Positions 46,268 to 55,586 of a DNA stretch of 64,000 nucleotides are shown here, in pieces; the first letter of the stretch is position 1; each line of letters starts with the position of its first letter. The DNA is from Candidatus Aenigmatarchaeota archaeon (GTDB taxonomy: Archaea > Aenigmatarchaeota > Aenigmatarchaeia > GW2011-AR5), in assembly GCA_016184005.1 (NCBI GenBank), contig JACPDL010000003.1:171632-235631 (forward strand), written 5' to 3'. The translations under genes and the position numbers were made by a program. The notes beneath the pieces are model-generated. The model had not been told where the DNA came from, did no database searches, and saw nothing but the letters and a program-made list of their open reading frames with translations.

Positions 46268-47265
46268 TTACTTCCGCCTTTCAGTTTTTCCAGCTGTTTC
46301 CTTTCCTCTTCAATCTCGTGGTCGAGCCATCTGCCCTTCCAGTTGCCGGCAGCGCCATAGCTGGAAAGAGCCCTTCTCAGGCCGTCATCCGGCTTGAAAA
46401 TATAAGGCGCTTCGGGTTCGCCTGTCTGGAGTTCCGGCCTTCTTGTAGACCTGTTAAGGCGATAAACCACGGGATTCCTCATGACATCCCCGGATCTCAT
46501 TGTTGCAAGCCGGGACGGCAACAATTCAAACACCTCCCTGTTGAGGTGCACCAAACCGTCTTTACCCATGAATGTTTCGCCGTCCGTGGCGCATACGTTT
46601 TCCGGATCAACATATTTCCAGTATCTTGCATTCGCTATCGCAAGGTTTTTTTCCTGTTCCCATGAAAGATAGATAAGTCCGTGAAATGTGCTTATGACAC
46701 TGCCGCCTTCGCGAATTTCAAGCACGTCAGGCCCTCCCCAATAGTCAACTTCTGTCTCTGCGACTGGGGCATCTATTTCAAGTTCCCTCAGTTTAGCCAG
46801 CGTAACGGCCTTGCCAACCTCATCATTCGGGACATAAACCCAGGGGTTCCTGTCGCGCGTCCAGAGGATGCTTTCTTCGGCGCCTTCTTTTCGCTGGAGC
46901 ATCCTGATGTCCCTGAAATGTTCTTTTGTAGAAGGAAACCCGGAAGGTATCCCGTGGTACCACGGATGAACCTTCGCGCCGCCGTCTCTCCTGTGGGAAA
47001 ATATTTTTCCGTTCCGGAGATAGTCCACGATTGCCCCTGAAGCGGGTCTCAAGGGGAATTCACAAGTCCCTATTTCCGCGTAGCCTCCAGACCGCAGCCG
47101 CTGGAGCGCATTTATCCCGAATTCCACAACAGCTGCATCGCTAAGATCGCGCCCGGTCATGTATTCCCTGTCTTTTTCAGGCCGATAAAAAAGCGTGACT
47201 TTGATCCCGGATTTTTCGCGCACAGCGTATGCCTGCGGTATCTTGAACTTGAATATTTCCGGCAT
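46264..47265 (-). CDS. Hypothetical protein
   Basis: Long ORF coupled to the IMPase gene; no confident motif. Confidence 0.65.
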   Translation of the reverse strand: MPEIFKFKIPQAYAVREKSGIKVTLFYRPEKDREYMTGRDLSDAAVVEFGINALQRLRSGGYAEIGTCEFPLRPASGAIVDYLRNGKIFSHRRDGGAKVHPWYHGIPSGFPSTKEHFRDIRMLQRKEGAEESILWTRDRNPWVYVPNDEVGKAVTLAKLRELEIDAPVAETEVDYWGGPDVLEIREGGSVISTFHGLIYLSWEQEKNLAIANARYWKYVDPENVCATDGETFMGKDGLVHLNREVFELLPSRLATMRSGDVMRNPVVYRLNRSTRRPELQTGEPEAPYIFKPDDGLRRALSSYGAAGNWKGRWLDHEIEEERKQLEKLKGGSK

Positions 47266-47382
47266 AAAAACCAAAGGCTACTATCAAGGCAAACTTCTTA
47301 ACGTTATTTTTTACATTACAAAAGAATTACGCAGAAACCGCATTTTCCATTCTTTTATATTTTTCTGTGTTTTGATTTGTTT

Positions 47383-47775
47383 ATGGCATTAATAGTGAAT
47401 CCCTGCGAAGTTTGCATGGCATACAAAGCCAGGCTTGATGAATCTAGAAGGAGATACTTGGAAGGAGACAGCGATGCAGTGTCGGGGCTGCTGACAGTAG
47501 CGGATAATATGCTGCGTGAACCGTTGAATCCTGAGATCGCTGGTTTGCTGAAGAAATATCCGGGAGCATGCGCTACAGAAAGAACCCCTTGCATATATAG
47601 AGAAGCAGACAGGGAGTATTTGTCGAGGCTTAAAGGATCTGCAGAGGCTGTATACGATCATCCGCACACCCGCCATGCCAGGAAAGAAGACAGAGATGCA
47701 GCTGTCAAAGATGTTGTGAAAATTGTGAAAAAGTTCAGGGATATGTTCCCAGGCTTATCGCAGAATGATCCTTAA
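47383..47775 (+). CDS. Hypothetical protein
   Basis: ORF with CEVC near the N-terminus; fills the gap between neighbours. Confidence 0.55.
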   Translation: MALIVNPCEVCMAYKARLDESRRRYLEGDSDAVSGLLTVADNMLREPLNPEIAGLLKKYPGACATERTPCIYREADREYLSRLKGSAEAVYDHPHTRHARKEDRDAAVKDVVKIVKKFRDMFPGLSQNDP

Positions 47776-48575
47776 TCAATTCTAAAAATCCTCTTCGCGT
47801 TTTCTTCCGTTATGTTCAGAACTTCATCCATTGACAACTGCTTTATTTCCGCGATGAGCTGCGCAGACTGGCGGATCTTCCATGGCCTGTTCTTGAGCTC
47901 AGGAACAGCTTGACGCACTCCGTGCGTCGGTTCGTCTGGGTCAAGCCACGGCGAGTCTGTCTCGAGCAGCATGCTGCCAAGGTCGCATATGCCTGCCAGC
48001 CTTTGGTGCTTTCTGCTCCTGCAAATGATAGTCGCAAAAGAGATGTAGTAGCCGTTCTCAATGGCATATTTCATCTCATCCTCGCTGCCGGAGAAGCAGT
48101 GCATGACAACGTCTTTTGCATCCTCGTCAGTCAGAATCTTAAGTGTGTCATGAATGGCTGTTTTCTGCTTGTCGCCGTTGCGCGAATGTATCTCCAGCGG
48201 CAGTCCCAGCTCCTTTGCGAGTCCGATCATCTGGATGAATATTTCTTTTGACCTTTCCTGCTCATCACTTTTTGTTATCCAGCTGTAGTCAAGCCCGACT
48301 TCGCCTATGGCGCAGACGTCTTTCCTGCTATGCCTGATTAATTCCATGTAACTGGCTATTTCCCTGCCTGAATATTTCATGCAGTACTCCGGGTGAAGGC
48401 CCAGTGAAACAAAAACAAAATCCGGGAACTTGCTTCTCAGTTCCAATGCCTGTTCAGCATGGCTGATTTCAGCTGTTACTGTCACAACGGCTGATAATTT
48501 CTGCATAGCTTCTCTTACAACACTTTCAGGGTTTTCCATATGTGTAATGTGACAATGAACGTCTATGCCTGGCAT
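47772..48575 (-). CDS. tatD: TatD-family nuclease
   Basis: DVHCH, GLHP, IGEVGLDY, IHSR, HCFSG, LETDSP. Confidence 0.95.
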   Translation of the reverse strand: MPGIDVHCHITHMENPESVVREAMQKLSAVVTVTAEISHAEQALELRSKFPDFVFVSLGLHPEYCMKYSGREIASYMELIRHSRKDVCAIGEVGLDYSWITKSDEQERSKEIFIQMIGLAKELGLPLEIHSRNGDKQKTAIHDTLKILTDEDAKDVVMHCFSGSEDEMKYAIENGYYISFATIICRSRKHQRLAGICDLGSMLLETDSPWLDPDEPTHGVRQAVPELKNRPWKIRQSAQLIAEIKQLSMDEVLNITEENAKRIFRID

Positions 48576-48587
48576 AATATCACAAAA

Positions 48588-48992
48588 TTACAATTCAGCA
48601 AGAAATTGTTTTGCAGTTACTATTTTTATGCCCCTGAATCTTTTCAGATTCAATAAATGCTGATCTCCGGAAACAATATAATCAACGCTTCCAGCTACAG
48701 CGCATTCCAAAATCATGTTATCATCTGGATCGTCTTTAACAGCATCAATCTTTTCTACAGGCTTGACAAACGTTGCCACCTCTAAAATCAGCGCCTTGAA
48801 TCTATCTTTTTGCTCTTCTGTAAATTCTAATTTCGCGTAATCCAGCACTTCTGACAGTTCGCTAAACTGCTCATCAGAAATAACCATCTCAACTTCTCCA
48901 GAGATTATTTTACTGAACGCCTTATGCGGAGGGCCTTTCCAACCCAGTGAAGAAACAAGAATATTTGTGTCTAGCGTCGCTTTCTTGCCCAT
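48588..48992 (-). CDS. PIN-domain toxin (VapC-like)
   Basis: LDTNILVS, DPDDNMILECA, IVSGDQHLL. Confidence 0.92.
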   Translation of the reverse strand: MGKKATLDTNILVSSLGWKGPPHKAFSKIISGEVEMVISDEQFSELSEVLDYAKLEFTEEQKDRFKALILEVATFVKPVEKIDAVKDDPDDNMILECAVAGSVDYIVSGDQHLLNLKRFRGIKIVTAKQFLAEL

Positions 48993-49234
48993 TTGATGGC
49001 CTCTTCAGCGTCTTTTCGTTTTACCTTTCTTTCCTTAAACTGCTTAGCTATCTCTCTGGATAAAGACTCAAACTCTGCTTTTACGTGTGGTATGTTTACT
49101 CTTTTGAAGAGAACGCCGCTTTTCACCTCGAAAGCAACAAACCTGTCGCTTGAGCTGAATCTCTGTCTTTCTCTTATTTCCTTTGGGACAACAAGCTGCC
49201 CTTTCTCAGACATTTTTACAAGCTCTTCCATCAT
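48971..49234 (-). CDS. AbrB/MazE/SpoVT-family antitoxin
   Basis: MSEKGQLVVPKEIRE. Confidence 0.9.
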   Translation of the reverse strand: MMEELVKMSEKGQLVVPKEIRERQRFSSSDRFVAFEVKSGVLFKRVNIPHVKAEFESLSREIAKQFKERKVKRKDAEEAIKWARKRR

Positions 49235-49271
49235 ATCACCCTTAGTAGTTGAACTGTTAAACTATTTAACT

Positions 49272-49913
49272 CTATCCTTTATGGCCATATTTGCCTATGA
49301 GCGGAACAAAGACGTAGTAGCCAAGGAACGTTTTCGTGAATTCCTTAGCGCTGACTTTCTCAATCAAAAACAGCTCATCCTTTATTGGTATAACAAGCTT
49401 TCCTCCAACCTTGAGCTGTTTTGCAAGCGGCTGCGGCATCTTGGACGCGCTTGCAGTCACAATAATCCTGTCGTAAGGCGCTATCTTCTCATACCCTTGC
49501 GAGCCGTCGCAATTAACAGCAACTATATTCGCGAAGCCGCACATGCCAAGGGTTCTTTTTGCAATCTCGTGAAGCGCCTTGATCCTTTCAGTTGTAATGA
49601 CGCTGCCTTTCCTGCCGACAAGAACAGAAAGTATGGCAGCCTGATAGCCGGAACCTGTCCCGACTTCCAGCACTTTCTGGCCTAACCTTACATCAAGCGC
49701 TTCTGTCATTGCGGCAACAGTAAGCGGCTGTGATATTGTTTGCCCCTCCATGATAGGCAAAGCGTCGTTTGCGTATGCATAATCCCTGTGACCAGGCAGC
49801 ACAAACTCTTCTCTAGGCACTTTCCGGAACGCATTTATCACAGCTTCAGTTTTGAGATAGCCCAGATCAATTAGTTCATTGATAAGCCGCTCCTTCTGCG
49901 CTTTCAGGTCCAT
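49272..49913 (-). CDS. pcm: Protein-L-isoaspartate O-methyltransferase
   Basis: VPREEF, GQTISQP, LEVGTGSGYQAA, APYDRI, FVPLIG. Confidence 0.96.
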   Translation of the reverse strand: MDLKAQKERLINELIDLGYLKTEAVINAFRKVPREEFVLPGHRDYAYANDALPIMEGQTISQPLTVAAMTEALDVRLGQKVLEVGTGSGYQAAILSVLVGRKGSVITTERIKALHEIAKRTLGMCGFANIVAVNCDGSQGYEKIAPYDRIIVTASASKMPQPLAKQLKVGGKLVIPIKDELFLIEKVSAKEFTKTFLGYYVFVPLIGKYGHKG

Positions 49914-49978
49914 GCGAAAATTATGGATGCGCTTCTTAAAAGAGATTTGTTTAAGAAGTTTGTGCTTAGGATTTATTT

Positions 49979-50371
49979 ATGGCGGATGAAAATTTTGTAT
50001 TCAGGGGACATTTTCCAGTGTCTTTTAGGGATGGGAAGGCGAGGTTACCAAAAAAGTGGCTCCAAGCTTTTCCTGAAGGAAAAGCGTACGCCCTCATTAC
50101 TTCCATTGGAGAAGACGGAGCAGAGTATTTAGATATCTATCCTCAAAGAAATCCGGATGCAAAGGTAGAATTGCCTGTTCGTAACCATGTTTTGCACATA
50201 GACCAAGAAGCCAGAAGATCTTTGGGAATTGCTTATATTGATGGGAGCCTTACTGCTGTCGGAATGATTGATCATGCCGAATTTTGGGATACTGGGCGCC
50301 TGAAAGCTTATATGAAAAGTGCACCTTTTCCTTATGAGCTATGGGAAAGATTTCATCCTGAAACTAGTTAA
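49979..50371 (+). CDS. Divergent MraZ/SpoVT-like protein
   Basis: FRG......DGKARLP and VGMIDHAEFWD recall the two MraZ repeats. Confidence 0.5.
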   Translation: MADENFVFRGHFPVSFRDGKARLPKKWLQAFPEGKAYALITSIGEDGAEYLDIYPQRNPDAKVELPVRNHVLHIDQEARRSLGIAYIDGSLTAVGMIDHAEFWDTGRLKAYMKSAPFPYELWERFHPETS

Positions 50372-50421
50372 AAGTTAATTTATTTCTTGCAATTGCTGTC
50401 CAGAAAGTGATTGTCCCTGAA

Positions 50422-50625
50422 TTAGCCCAGCTTCTTGTCGATGTCCGTCAGGATGGATGAAACATCTTCAATGTTCTGCGAGATGTTTGTTACGGCCTCT
50501 CCGACCTGCTGCTCATTCTTTATTGAGGTCTTTGACTGCTCGACGCATCCGCTGGCAAACACCATGGAAAAAAGAAGCAACGCTATCACTATCAGGCAGA
50601 TATTTTTTTTATTTTCATTCGTCAT
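50422..50625 (-). CDS. Small lipoprotein
   Basis: Hydrophobic signal ending in lipobox-like ASGC. Confidence 0.7.
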   Translation of the reverse strand: MTNENKKNICLIVIALLLFSMVFASGCVEQSKTSIKNEQQVGEAVTNISQNIEDVSSILTDIDKKLG

Positions 50626-50629
50626 ATTC

Positions 50630-53404
50630 TCATCCTCTCAGGCAGTCTGCGCATTCGCTGCACTCTCCGGGATCGCAGACGCCGTTGTTCAGACACCCTG
50701 AGCATGCTTGTTGCGTGGCTGGCTGCGATAATGGCACGCGTTGCACGGCTGCTATGGGCTGCCGCGGCGCAATGCCTGCCGGCACGCTTGCAGCACTGCC
50801 TTGGCAGTCCTGCGGGCACGCATCAGGGTTGCGCTGCTCAAAATCATCGCAAATCCTGTCGCCGCACGGCTGCGTGGCTGATTGTGATCGTGGTCCTTCA
50901 AACCCCTCCACGGTCTCCCGTGGCGGCCCCTGAAATCCTCCGAATCCGGGCTGCTCGCCTCTTGCAAGCTGTTCAAGGCCCTGCTTCGCTTCAGGCGGGA
51001 GATAAGGGCCGAGTTCCTCCAGACATTCTTTTGCTTCTTCCGGCCCGCGGCCGCAGTAGTCGCGGCACTCGTCGCCGCTGCATTTTCCCGGGACACCCGG
51101 CGGGCCTTGTCCACCGGACCCGCCGAATTTCTTCATAAGCTCAACCATCGAGCCTTCGCAGTAAGGGAATATGTCTTCCTCAGGGTTTCTCACGCCCAAT
51201 GTATATTTTTCTATCTTGCATGTCATGTCGTAGGGCGGGCTGATTCCCGGCAATGTTCCTGCTGGCGGGCCCTCGCCTTCCGGCAGCACCACGTACATGA
51301 TGCACGCATTTCCCGAAAGTCCCTGCACCTCAACCTTTGGCCCTTTGCTGCCTTCGGGGTAAAATATCAGTTTCTTGCATAACCTGAATCCCCTGTCAAA
51401 GCAGGAACCGTCAGAGCCGCAGTTGGTGTCATCAGTCGCTTTCACCGCCTCGAACCTGTCGCCGCTTTTTGTGGCGCGCGATTCCTTGATGTTCTTCACA
51501 TCGTCGCTGGAGCTGAGCATGAGATACAGGATATCCTTCATCATGACGTCCTTGATATATTTCACGTCACGCTTCACTTCTATCAGGTCGTCTTCCATGA
51601 CATCGCCTCTCTGGACGGCATCACGCAGTTTTTCCTTTATTTCGTCGACCTTGTCCTTCGCCGCATCAAACATGTCGGAGACCCGCCTGTAGCGCCCTTC
51701 GTCCGGTGAGCCCGTTGATGCATAATAGCCTGCTATATCGTCTGTTTTTTTTGCAAGCTTGTCCAGCTCAATCTTCAGCTCCTCCATCCTAAACGCCATT
51801 GAAAGGAGCTCCGAAGGTTCAGGTATCCTTTCTATCGGGTCCACATCCGCTTCATGCGAATCCCCCTGAACAATACATTGGGACAGCGTGATGCATCCCT
51901 GGTTATCCCTTCTTACAACCAGTTCGCCGCCCTGATTCCCGCATTTCTGGTAAGCCTCCGGAGGCACATCGCGCGGACACTGTGAAGGCTCTCCGCATTT
52001 GATTAGAGGACAGCCGTTCTCGTCAAAACCATTAACGACGTTCAAACCCTGCCGCCTGCAGACATCTTCCTTTCCCTGCCTTTCCTCGAACGGCAGCGGT
52101 TCGCATCCGAGCTTCTGTGATTTCTGGGAGCATTTGGAAACCTTGCAGCCGCCCTGGACAGAAATCGCAAAATGAAGCCCCAGTTTCTCGCAGCTTTGCC
52201 TTGTCGCTTCGCGCTGTTCGTTTGTCTCAGCGGGGCATTTCTTTTCCTCCTGGAGCGGATTGAAAACAGGCACAACCGACGATGAAACGCCGCCGAACGT
52301 GCAGTCAGGGAATTCACACCCGTCAGGAGACTTCCTTAAAGAGAATATACCTTTGTTTTGCTCGCACCTGTTTTTGACATCTTCAATATCCGGAGTCGGC
52401 GGGCAGGCAGATCTTGATTCACATACAACACCGACAAAGCCCTTTTCCTTATCCACCACCTGTCTGCAGCCCTGCGGTATGCTTTCTATGGGACACGTTT
52501 CGCAGAAGCAGCTGCCATCCTCATTCTGCCTGCACATGACGCGGGAGCCGTCTGCGCATGTCCGGGTTACAGGGCATGCCTCCCTTGCGCTTATGCAGTC
52601 CCGCCTGCAGAAATTTTCTTCACCCGACTCGCAGATATTGTTCCCACAAGCAGCGCTGCGGTCAGGGCATCTGTCAACCCTGTGCCAGCCGGGCGGCAAA
52701 CAAGAATCAGGGAATTCTTTGCAGTTTCCTGCTGCATCCGTTCCTCGTGTCAATCCAGGAATACAAACAGTTCCTCCACCTCCGCCGCCTTCACCGCCGG
52801 AGGGCTCGCACCTGTAGTCTGTGATGCAGCCTTTGCTGTCGTAATTGGGCTTCGGATAAGCATCAGCGGGGCAAGAAGGTTTTGCAGGCGGTGTGGGGCA
52901 TGCTGTGATAGACGGCGGTATGCATTCGTATCCTGTTACGCAACCGTTAGCATCATATTTTTCTTTGGCTGTTCCATCATGGCAATAATCAGCAGAAGGC
53001 GGAGAAATAGGCGGGCATGTTATTGTCACGTTCGCAGCTGGCGGCGCGTCGTGTCCTGCACAGGAAGGCGTGCATGTTGAGCATGTCCCGCCAGAGCATG
53101 TGTTCGAACAGGAAGCAACATAGCTGTCAGGGCATGTAGCCGTTTTCGGGCTGCACGTTATTCCGGTACACGGGTCTGGCGGCGCCTCATGACCGCTGCA
53201 CGAAGGCACACATGCAGAGCATACGCCGCCGGAACAGGTATTCGTGCAGGAAGCAACATAGCTGTCAGGGCACGTGGTTGTTGCCGGATCGCATGTCACG
53301 CCTGCGCATAAATCAGTTGTAACATTTTCTTGTGCAAAAACGAGCATTCCAGAAAAGAGCAAAGAAAATGCTATGGCAATTACAATAAGCCTACACCAAT
53401 GCAT
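50630..53404 (-). CDS. Large secreted Cys-rich repeat protein with a central coiled coil
   Basis: Signal peptide; duplicated TCPDSYVASC.NTCSGG; D..GC repeats; CGNNICE and CGDRICD motifs. Confidence 0.8.
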   Translation of the reverse strand: MHWCRLIVIAIAFSLLFSGMLVFAQENVTTDLCAGVTCDPATTTCPDSYVASCTNTCSGGVCSACVPSCSGHEAPPDPCTGITCSPKTATCPDSYVASCSNTCSGGTCSTCTPSCAGHDAPPAANVTITCPPISPPSADYCHDGTAKEKYDANGCVTGYECIPPSITACPTPPAKPSCPADAYPKPNYDSKGCITDYRCEPSGGEGGGGGGTVCIPGLTRGTDAAGNCKEFPDSCLPPGWHRVDRCPDRSAACGNNICESGEENFCRRDCISAREACPVTRTCADGSRVMCRQNEDGSCFCETCPIESIPQGCRQVVDKEKGFVGVVCESRSACPPTPDIEDVKNRCEQNKGIFSLRKSPDGCEFPDCTFGGVSSSVVPVFNPLQEEKKCPAETNEQREATRQSCEKLGLHFAISVQGGCKVSKCSQKSQKLGCEPLPFEERQGKEDVCRRQGLNVVNGFDENGCPLIKCGEPSQCPRDVPPEAYQKCGNQGGELVVRRDNQGCITLSQCIVQGDSHEADVDPIERIPEPSELLSMAFRMEELKIELDKLAKKTDDIAGYYASTGSPDEGRYRRVSDMFDAAKDKVDEIKEKLRDAVQRGDVMEDDLIEVKRDVKYIKDVMMKDILYLMLSSSDDVKNIKESRATKSGDRFEAVKATDDTNCGSDGSCFDRGFRLCKKLIFYPEGSKGPKVEVQGLSGNACIMYVVLPEGEGPPAGTLPGISPPYDMTCKIEKYTLGVRNPEEDIFPYCEGSMVELMKKFGGSGGQGPPGVPGKCSGDECRDYCGRGPEEAKECLEELGPYLPPEAKQGLEQLARGEQPGFGGFQGPPRETVEGFEGPRSQSATQPCGDRICDDFEQRNPDACPQDCQGSAASVPAGIAPRQPIAAVQRVPLSQPATQQACSGCLNNGVCDPGECSECADCLRG

Positions 53405-53440
53405 ACTACAACATGGTCCGGGCCACTATATAAAAATACC

Positions 53441-53950
53441 TCATCCTTGGCGAGGTTGCGGCTTTTTGAGCAAGTTCATGTCGTCTTCTTCTATTTTCCC
53501 TTGCATTTCAATAATATCCCTGACTAATCTGGCCCTCAGTTCTTTGTCACTCATTGAAAATATCTTCGCAGCAGCCAGTGCTGCATTTTCTGGATCCTGA
53601 ACATACATAGGTGCTGACATGCTTGGCGTATAAACTGTTGACAGTACAGGCAATCCAGCAAATTTGTCGCTGTAAGGAGGACATGCTATAACTGGATTAA
53701 CGGTATTAGCAGCTACCGTTCCAGACAAACCATCGCTTCTGCCGGCTATAGTGATGTAAACTACAGAAAGGCCGGTTCTTGCATCAGTTTCTGCAATCAT
53801 TTGAGCTAAATAGCTGGGATGTTTATGGGCAGAAGCCACCCGCGGTTCAAAAGGCAGGCCATATCTGTCAAGTGCAGCATAAAGTTTCTTGTTGTGCTCA
53901 GTGTTGTGATCGCTTCTGGAGCCCATTATAACAGGAACAAGTTTTGTCAT
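53441..53950 (-). CDS. purE: AIR carboxylase (PurE family)
   Basis: IMGSRSD, VASAHK, AGRSDGLSG, PVIACP, ENAALAA. Confidence 0.92.
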   Translation of the reverse strand: MTKLVPVIMGSRSDHNTEHNKKLYAALDRYGLPFEPRVASAHKHPSYLAQMIAETDARTGLSVVYITIAGRSDGLSGTVAANTVNPVIACPPYSDKFAGLPVLSTVYTPSMSAPMYVQDPENAALAAAKIFSMSDKELRARLVRDIIEMQGKIEEDDMNLLKKPQPRQG

Positions 53951-53967
53951 CCCACATCCAACCTCTT

Positions 53968-54954
53968 TTACTTAAGGAAACCGGTCTTTGCGAGATTTCC
54001 AGCAATCCTTTCATTTGTTGGCGGATCTGCTGCAGGCAAAGGTTTTCCTGTTACCATCTCATAGCTTCCCACAGCCCTGTTTGAAGCGCCAGCGATTACT
54101 TCATCGGGTATTGCCGGCATTTTGCCTTCGCCCCTGAAACCATTTTCCGACAGCCATGTTCTTACATATTCCTTGTCAACCCAAGCTTCAGCCCATGCCT
54201 TTGGCGGAGCATTCGCTTCCATCAGGCGCCCATAATCAGCAAATCTCAGAAATCTTGATGAATCATGCGTCCACGCTTCATCAATCAGCCCAATATATCC
54301 GTCCCCGCCCCTTCTGCCGTACTCAAACTTGGTGTCAACAAGTAATCCGCCGTGCCGTCTTGTTTCAAGATCGCCTGCGGCATATAAATCAAGTGTATAC
54401 TGTCTGATTTTTCCTGCTTCGGCTTCAGATCCTACGAGATCAGCAAAATCTTGCCACGTGTTCAAATCAACATCATGACCCGCATCAGCTTTAGTACTAG
54501 GAGTAAATAATGGACTGTCAAATCCTTGACCATGTATCAATCCTTCACGAAGCTTTGTTCCGAAAAATTCTCTTCTGCCTTTTTCATACTGTCTCCACGC
54601 AGAACCAACCAAATATCCTCTTGCTATAGCCTCGACTTTTACGGGCGTATAGGCTTCAGCAACAGTCACGTTCGGGTCAGGGACTGAAATAAAATGATTT
54701 GGAACAATTCCTTTCGTTTTCTCGAAACCAAAAGCGGAAGCCCGGTTAAGCGCGCATCCTTTGTACGGCACGCCCTGCTCAGAGACAACATCAAACGCAG
54801 ATATTCTGTCTGTTGTAACAAGATAAACGTATCTCCCATCTGCATATACGTCTCTTACTTTGCCGCGTTTTACAAGCCTTAATGGCAGAGGTAAATCAGA
54901 TTCTTTTAAAATCTGAAGGGATGAAACCATCCCGGGCGTGACCGTCATTTTCAT
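53968..54954 (-). CDS. purC: SAICAR synthase
   Basis: GKVRDVY, TDRISAFD, PSTKA..GHD, DTKFEYG, DSSRF, DKEYVR. Confidence 0.95.
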   Translation of the reverse strand: MKMTVTPGMVSSLQILKESDLPLPLRLVKRGKVRDVYADGRYVYLVTTDRISAFDVVSEQGVPYKGCALNRASAFGFEKTKGIVPNHFISVPDPNVTVAEAYTPVKVEAIARGYLVGSAWRQYEKGRREFFGTKLREGLIHGQGFDSPLFTPSTKADAGHDVDLNTWQDFADLVGSEAEAGKIRQYTLDLYAAGDLETRRHGGLLVDTKFEYGRRGGDGYIGLIDEAWTHDSSRFLRFADYGRLMEANAPPKAWAEAWVDKEYVRTWLSENGFRGEGKMPAIPDEVIAGASNRAVGSYEMVTGKPLPAADPPTNERIAGNLAKTGFLK

Positions 54955-55032
54955 CTTATTATCTGTGCGCCTAAATCTTATAAATGCAAGCGCTGTTGTA
55001 ATCGTAATTTCCCTGTAATTGTTTCAGAAGTT

Positions 55033-55581
55033 TCACATGTACCTGTACTGGATGTAACGTCTTGCAACACCATAGAGCTTGCGCTTGACAAGAACATATC
55101 CAACAATCTCTTTCATGTTTTCTGCTGAAACATACTCATTTTTGTATTTCTTGCCGATTATTGAAAGAATATCCTGCATTGCCTTTTGCAGCTTCAACCC
55201 GTCCTGCGTTCCAGCCAATTTGAATGTCTTCTGCACTGATTTGAAAAGTTTTTCCGGCGAGAATTTCTCTTTTCTGCCGTCTCTTTTTATGACGCCTTTG
55301 ATCCTGACAGGCTTTGCGTGCAGCCACACAAGCTCGTAATAATCGCAGACCCTGTGGTGATTATCCTTTCTGAGTGCATAGCAGACAGTTTTTCTTATGT
55401 CTTCTGTGTCAACGAGTTTTTTCTTTTTCAATCTATTCATTACATCACCGGCAATCCTTTCTTCAAGGGCGATGTCCGATATTCCTGCCATGTGCATTGC
55501 ATGATGTATCGAATGAAGCAGCTTGTGCCTGCTGAATTTCTCTCTCTTGCCGCTGCGCTTTTTCACTTTTTCCGCCATCAT
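55033..55581 (-). CDS. Protein composed of two ATP-cone domains
   Basis: VKKRSGKREKFS..KL and VIKRDGRKEKFS.EKL. Confidence 0.8.
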   Translation of the reverse strand: MMAEKVKKRSGKREKFSRHKLLHSIHHAMHMAGISDIALEERIAGDVMNRLKKKKLVDTEDIRKTVCYALRKDNHHRVCDYYELVWLHAKPVRIKGVIKRDGRKEKFSPEKLFKSVQKTFKLAGTQDGLKLQKAMQDILSIIGKKYKNEYVSAENMKEIVGYVLVKRKLYGVARRYIQYRYM

Positions 55582-55586
55582 CTCAC

